A stretch of DNA of 60,854 bases from a virus (Duplodnaviria > Caudoviricetes), in IMG/VR virus record IMGVR_UViG_3300028145_000004, positions 1 to 60,854 of that record. One strand, written 5' to 3'. Position 1 is the first letter of the stretch; every line of letters starts with the position of its first letter. Below the pieces are notes generated by a model. That model did not search any database, was not told the origin of the DNA, and saw nothing but the letters and a program-made list of their open reading frames with translations. Positions 57,552 to 60,854 of this stretch are shown piece by piece. Position numbers and translations under genes: made by a program.

Positions 57552-58643
57552 TTACCCGGTCGATTGATCCGCAAGCTTGACCGATCTTACGGGTCTTAGC
57601 TCGGCGACCTTTTCCGTGTGGAGGGCGCGGAAATCGGAGGGGTGTACATGCAGTGCTCGCGCCAGTTCGTTTCGTGAATAACCCAAATTGCTGAGGTGAA
57701 ACTCAATCAGTTCCCTAAAGAGGCCGGGTTCCTCTGGGGGGATCGGGCCGGGTTCGTTCTTTCGATACCCGTATCTGCTGAGAGTTGAATAGAGCGTCCG
57801 CTCGTACCGATCAGAAATGCGGCCAAGAGAACGTGCCCGGCGGATGAGCGCCTGGATCGAAACTTTCCAGTGAGCCTTGAGCTGGACAAAACGTTCCAGA
57901 TTCAGGCGCGCCGATAGATGTCCGCGGATGTCGGCTTTTGGCATTAGAAACTCTGCAGCAAAACGGTCCGCCTGCCCTTCAGTATCCACATCGACGGATG
58001 TTGGCAGATGATGGTGAAGGATCACGTGCCCCAGTTCGTGGCAAAGGCTGAATCGGAGTCGGTCACCGGAGCTATTCGGGTTGACCAAGATGAGCGGCGG
58101 CAATCCATCCGGTTCGCAAATGCTGAGCGCATCAATCTGGTTGCTCCCGAAGTCGCATCGCGTCACGACAACGCCTGCATCCTCAAGAGTGCGCGTGACA
58201 TTATCGACCGGTCCGGGCGGGAGGTTCAGCTGCATCCGCAACTCGCGCGCAACAGCCTCCACATCGCCGTGCCACTCTTCGGGATTTATGAGTGGGATAC
58301 GAAGCGTCGGAATGTCGAGGGACCGAAGAAGGATCTGCATCTGCAGACGAAGGAAACACGCCTTTGCGCGCACCGCCCGGATCGCGTTAGCGGGGACCCT
58401 CGCGCGCTTTCGATAGAAAGTGACGGGGAGATTCCAATATTTGCAGTCCTGAAAGAAGAAAGACTCGGGGTAGTTCAGGGCGGCAGCTAATTTGGTAACC
58501 ACATCGGGCGTGATCGGAAATTGCCCGTTCTCTATTTTTGACAGTGTGCCCTGCGAGATACCGAGGTCGGCGGCAAGATCATCCTGCTTCACCTCGCGCA
58601 TCTCGCGAGCAAACGTCACCATCGCTGGATTTGCAGCCTCCAT
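57552..58643 (-). CDS. XRE-HTH plus ImmA/IrrE-type metallopeptidase
   Basis: QDDLAADLGISQGTLSKIENG; RLRFSLCHELGHVILH; EGQADRFAAEFLMP. Confidence 0.92.
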   Translation of the reverse strand: MEAANPAMVTFAREMREVKQDDLAADLGISQGTLSKIENGQFPITPDVVTKLAAALNYPESFFFQDCKYWNLPVTFYRKRARVPANAIRAVRAKACFLRLQMQILLRSLDIPTLRIPLINPEEWHGDVEAVARELRMQLNLPPGPVDNVTRTLEDAGVVVTRCDFGSNQIDALSICEPDGLPPLILVNPNSSGDRLRFSLCHELGHVILHHHLPTSVDVDTEGQADRFAAEFLMPKADIRGHLSARLNLERFVQLKAHWKVSIQALIRRARSLGRISDRYERTLYSTLSRYGYRKNEPGPIPPEEPGLFRELIEFHLSNLGYSRNELARALHVHPSDFRALHTEKVAELRPVRSVKLADQSTG

Positions 58644-58699
58644 GCCTCTCCCGTCTCGTCTTCAAGCGACGCATAGCGCCGCTTCGGGTTCCAAAACCC

Positions 58700-59305
58700 C
58701 TAGTGTTTCCCCTTGCGGTTCGGGAAGTTCACAACCTTTGCGACGTGCTTGGGTTGCTTCGGCTTGACTCGGCTGACTAGCTGAGGCGGTAACTGTTTCG
58801 GTGCGACTGGTGGTATCAGTCTCAATTGGGCGGCTGGCTGAGCCAGCGCATAGTGCCAAGCTGGGACGCGCCGCTGCACATAATGCACGGCATAGACTCC
58901 TTCCAGCTTCGTCTCGAACTCGTCGAATCGGTGCCCGATCGTGATCCGTTTTCCGGGGAACCCTATGATTTGGCGCCGGGTCTCGACGAGCTTCGCGAGG
59001 GGCGTCGCGAATGTCGACGCTCGATACTTGCCGTCGAGCCATTTGAAACGAACAGCGACGTTCTTGTAGTTCATCACAATCCGGTTGTCACTCATCTCCC
59101 GAATGACTGCCCCCGGAGTGTCAACGAATGCCTTGCGCACTCGTTCGATAAGCAATTCGTAATAGATGTTTCTCCGGCCGCGGCGCGTTGCAACAGGAAA
59201 GAACTTTGCGACCTTCGAGGTCCAAGTTGCATGCGCGTCGACATGACACTGAACCAGCTTGTCCTCTATCGGACCGAGAATCCGTCTCGCATCATCTTCC
59301 GTCAT
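58700..59305 (-). CDS. Hypothetical protein upstream of ImmA/IrrE (candidate toxin)
   Basis: Co-oriented partner; VAVRFKWLD motif. Confidence 0.6.
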   Translation of the reverse strand: MTEDDARRILGPIEDKLVQCHVDAHATWTSKVAKFFPVATRRGRRNIYYELLIERVRKAFVDTPGAVIREMSDNRIVMNYKNVAVRFKWLDGKYRASTFATPLAKLVETRRQIIGFPGKRITIGHRFDEFETKLEGVYAVHYVQRRVPAWHYALAQPAAQLRLIPPVAPKQLPPQLVSRVKPKQPKHVAKVVNFPNRKGKH

Positions 59306-59474
59306 TCAACCACCAACTCCGCCCTTTCCAATTCCCCTGAGTGATTACTTGATTACAGACCGTCTCGGCAAAAGTCAAGAAAAATATTCCGAACTTTATT
59401 CCTGTTGCGCCGTGTTTGCCGTAGCGCGGTGCGGTTCTGTAAGCGGCGTTGGCCATGTGGTAATGCGTTCGGAA

Positions 59475-59918
59475 ATGGCGGAGGAAGAAAGCCAGGATCA
59501 GGCCCCAGAGGACATCCCTAGTACCGGCCAGCAGGCTAGCATCAAGCGGAAGGCTACATCGAAGTCGCCAAGGGTGCTCAACCAGGAGGAGCTTGCCCAG
59601 TCTGGCGTCAGGGTAATGCTGCTCGATGAGCTTGATCGTCTCGAAGGTGAGGTGTCCAAGCTTGCGGAATATGAAGATCGATACCACGAGACCGACAAGA
59701 ATCTTGGCATCATGGCGGAGCGTCTTGAGAAGGCAAATGCGGCCGAACTCGGATACTCAATCAGCCTATCCGTTGGTTCGGGTCTGTTGACGCTCGCACC
59801 GACTCTGGCAACGGATTTCGCTCGGGTCGTCCTCTTCGTATTCGCGGCTCTTCTCCTCGGCGGAGCAATTGCGTTCAAGACTGCGTTCAAGACTACCTCC
59901 AGGAAGGTTCAGGCGTGA
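59475..59918 (+). CDS. Coiled-coil protein with two C-terminal TM helices
   Basis: LLDELDRLE...YHETDK coiled coil followed by two hydrophobic segments. Confidence 0.65.
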   Translation: MAEEESQDQAPEDIPSTGQQASIKRKATSKSPRVLNQEELAQSGVRVMLLDELDRLEGEVSKLAEYEDRYHETDKNLGIMAERLEKANAAELGYSISLSVGSGLLTLAPTLATDFARVVLFVFAALLLGGAIAFKTAFKTTSRKVQA

Positions 59919-60280
59919 TGTTGCTGAAAATCACTTCGATCGCCGACCGGGGGGTTCTGGAAAAAGAACGCATCGTGATGAAGGCCGCTTCGGACACCGA
60001 TATTGGGCGATTCGCAATCTTCCGGTGCGGTGTCGAGGGCGATCAGATTACGACGATCGTGACGGATACTTTCTGGCTCCCAAATATGACGGTGAGGGCT
60101 GGTGATCTTGTTGTTCTGTACTCGAAGGTTGGGAAGGACAATGAGAGAGTGCTGAAGTCTGGAGCTACCGGGCACTTCTTCTATTGGGGACGCACCACTC
60201 CGCTGTGGGGCAGTTTGGACCACGCACCAGTCCTCGTCCTTACGAGGGAATGGGAATCGTACATCCCCGAAATCGCCTAG
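59915..60280 (+). CDS. Beta-sandwich hypothetical protein (lamin-tail-like)
   Basis: EKERIV.KA..D.DIG.F, FWLP...V.AGD.VVLYSK.G, HFFYWG; coupled to the upstream gene. Confidence 0.65.
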   Translation: MMLLKITSIADRGVLEKERIVMKAASDTDIGRFAIFRCGVEGDQITTIVTDTFWLPNMTVRAGDLVVLYSKVGKDNERVLKSGATGHFFYWGRTTPLWGSLDHAPVLVLTREWESYIPEIA

Positions 60281-60373
60281 AACCTTCGACGGAAAATCTA
60301 CCAACGCTATGATGATCTGCGTGCAGCCCACCGCATTGCTCCCGGCGCTGATTCCGTGAGATCATCGCGCCAA

Positions 60374-60589
60374 ATGACCCGCTTGGCGTTTCTCTGTATT
60401 CTCTGCGCAATAGTCGGCTGCTACGAAAGCCATGGGGTGCACGACGGTGACGCGGAGCGCATTAAGGCCGTAGTGGTGAGGACGGAGGCAGCCGCAGATA
60501 GAGCAGAGGCAGCCGCCAAATCAGCTATGGCCGCAGCCGCAAGGGCCGAGGAGATGGCAGCGCGAGCAGAGGCGGCCGCGCGGCATTGA
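60374..60589 (+). CDS. Small Ala-rich lipoprotein
   Basis: Lipobox IVGC followed by alanine-zipper repeats. Confidence 0.5.
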   Translation: MTRLAFLCILCAIVGCYESHGVHDGDAERIKAVVVRTEAAADRAEAAAKSAMAAAARAEEMAARAEAAARH

Positions 60590-60727
60590 CCATAAGTCGA
60601 CACGCGCGCTCCCTGACTTTATGCGCAGCCCACCGACTTAGGTGCCGGAGGAATTGTTGGGCAGCCCGTCACGGCGTTGTCGCCGGTGTCCGAACTGTTG
60701 GGCAGATCGGAACTGTTGGGCAAAGCC

Positions 60728-60854
60728 GCTTTTGGGAGTGAAGTGTCTCACAACCTGAGACACATGGTGACATATTGACTTGACAATTGCCGGGAAGATC
60801 CGTGCCAATGATGAATAGTTGGCATGGCATTGCTAGGGAGACTGACCGACGAGG
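60728..60854 (+). repeat. 127-bp exact direct repeat, copy 2 (of 696-822)
   Basis: Identical sequence; begins exactly after the transposon right TIR. Confidence 0.95.

Larger units (their letters stand above)
55948..60727. mobile_element. IS5/IS4-like cargo transposon (4780 bp) with 14-bp terminal inverted repeats
   Basis: GGCTTTGCCCAACA (55948-55961) and TGTTGGGCAAAGCC (60714-60727); DDE transposase inside; subterminal TGTTGGGCAG sites; no target duplication. Confidence 0.85.

Noticed and set aside
60651-60727. TGTTGGGCA repeats as a mini CRISPR array
   Set aside because: Repeats are only about 10-16 bp, number two or three per end, are unevenly spaced and match the transposon TIR.
1-60854. 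tRNA/rRNA genes, integrase, small terminase, DNA polymerase
   Set aside because: None recognisable by eye; a divergent small terminase may be among the hypothetical ORFs before 4990.

Overview
The window is an essentially complete, GC-rich, ~60 kb tailed-phage genome of podovirus-like architecture. It carries a large terminase, a P22-like portal, a scaffold, an N4-gp56/DUF4043-type major capsid protein, adaptor/nozzle and DNA-ejection proteins, a replication initiator with a nearby DnaA box and iterons, and a minus-strand recombination module (RusA, Cas4-like exonuclease, 3'-5' exonuclease, Mom-like XF1762 protein). No integrase or endolysin is recognisable. Bases 696-822 are repeated exactly at 60728-60854 (127 bp), implying a 60,032-bp circle whose junction is the right end of an IS5/IS4-like cargo transposon (55948-60727). 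Main findings: (1) the major capsid gene is split by two group I introns, one encoding an HNH endonuclease, and splices to an intact 391-aa ORF; (2) a ~13 kb operon of signal-peptide-bearing, Cys-rich, Thr-Pro-linker multidomain proteins plus a polytopic membrane protein lies where tail fibres/lysin would be expected, with two related exported proteins inside the head module; (3) an ATP-grasp ligase plus HExxE protein pair lies between portal and scaffold; (4) there are at least six homing-type endonucleases, three of them in antisense cassettes with a shared upstream hairpin. The host is tentatively Candidatus Binatia-like (inference only). All calls come from reading motifs by eye; no searches were run.
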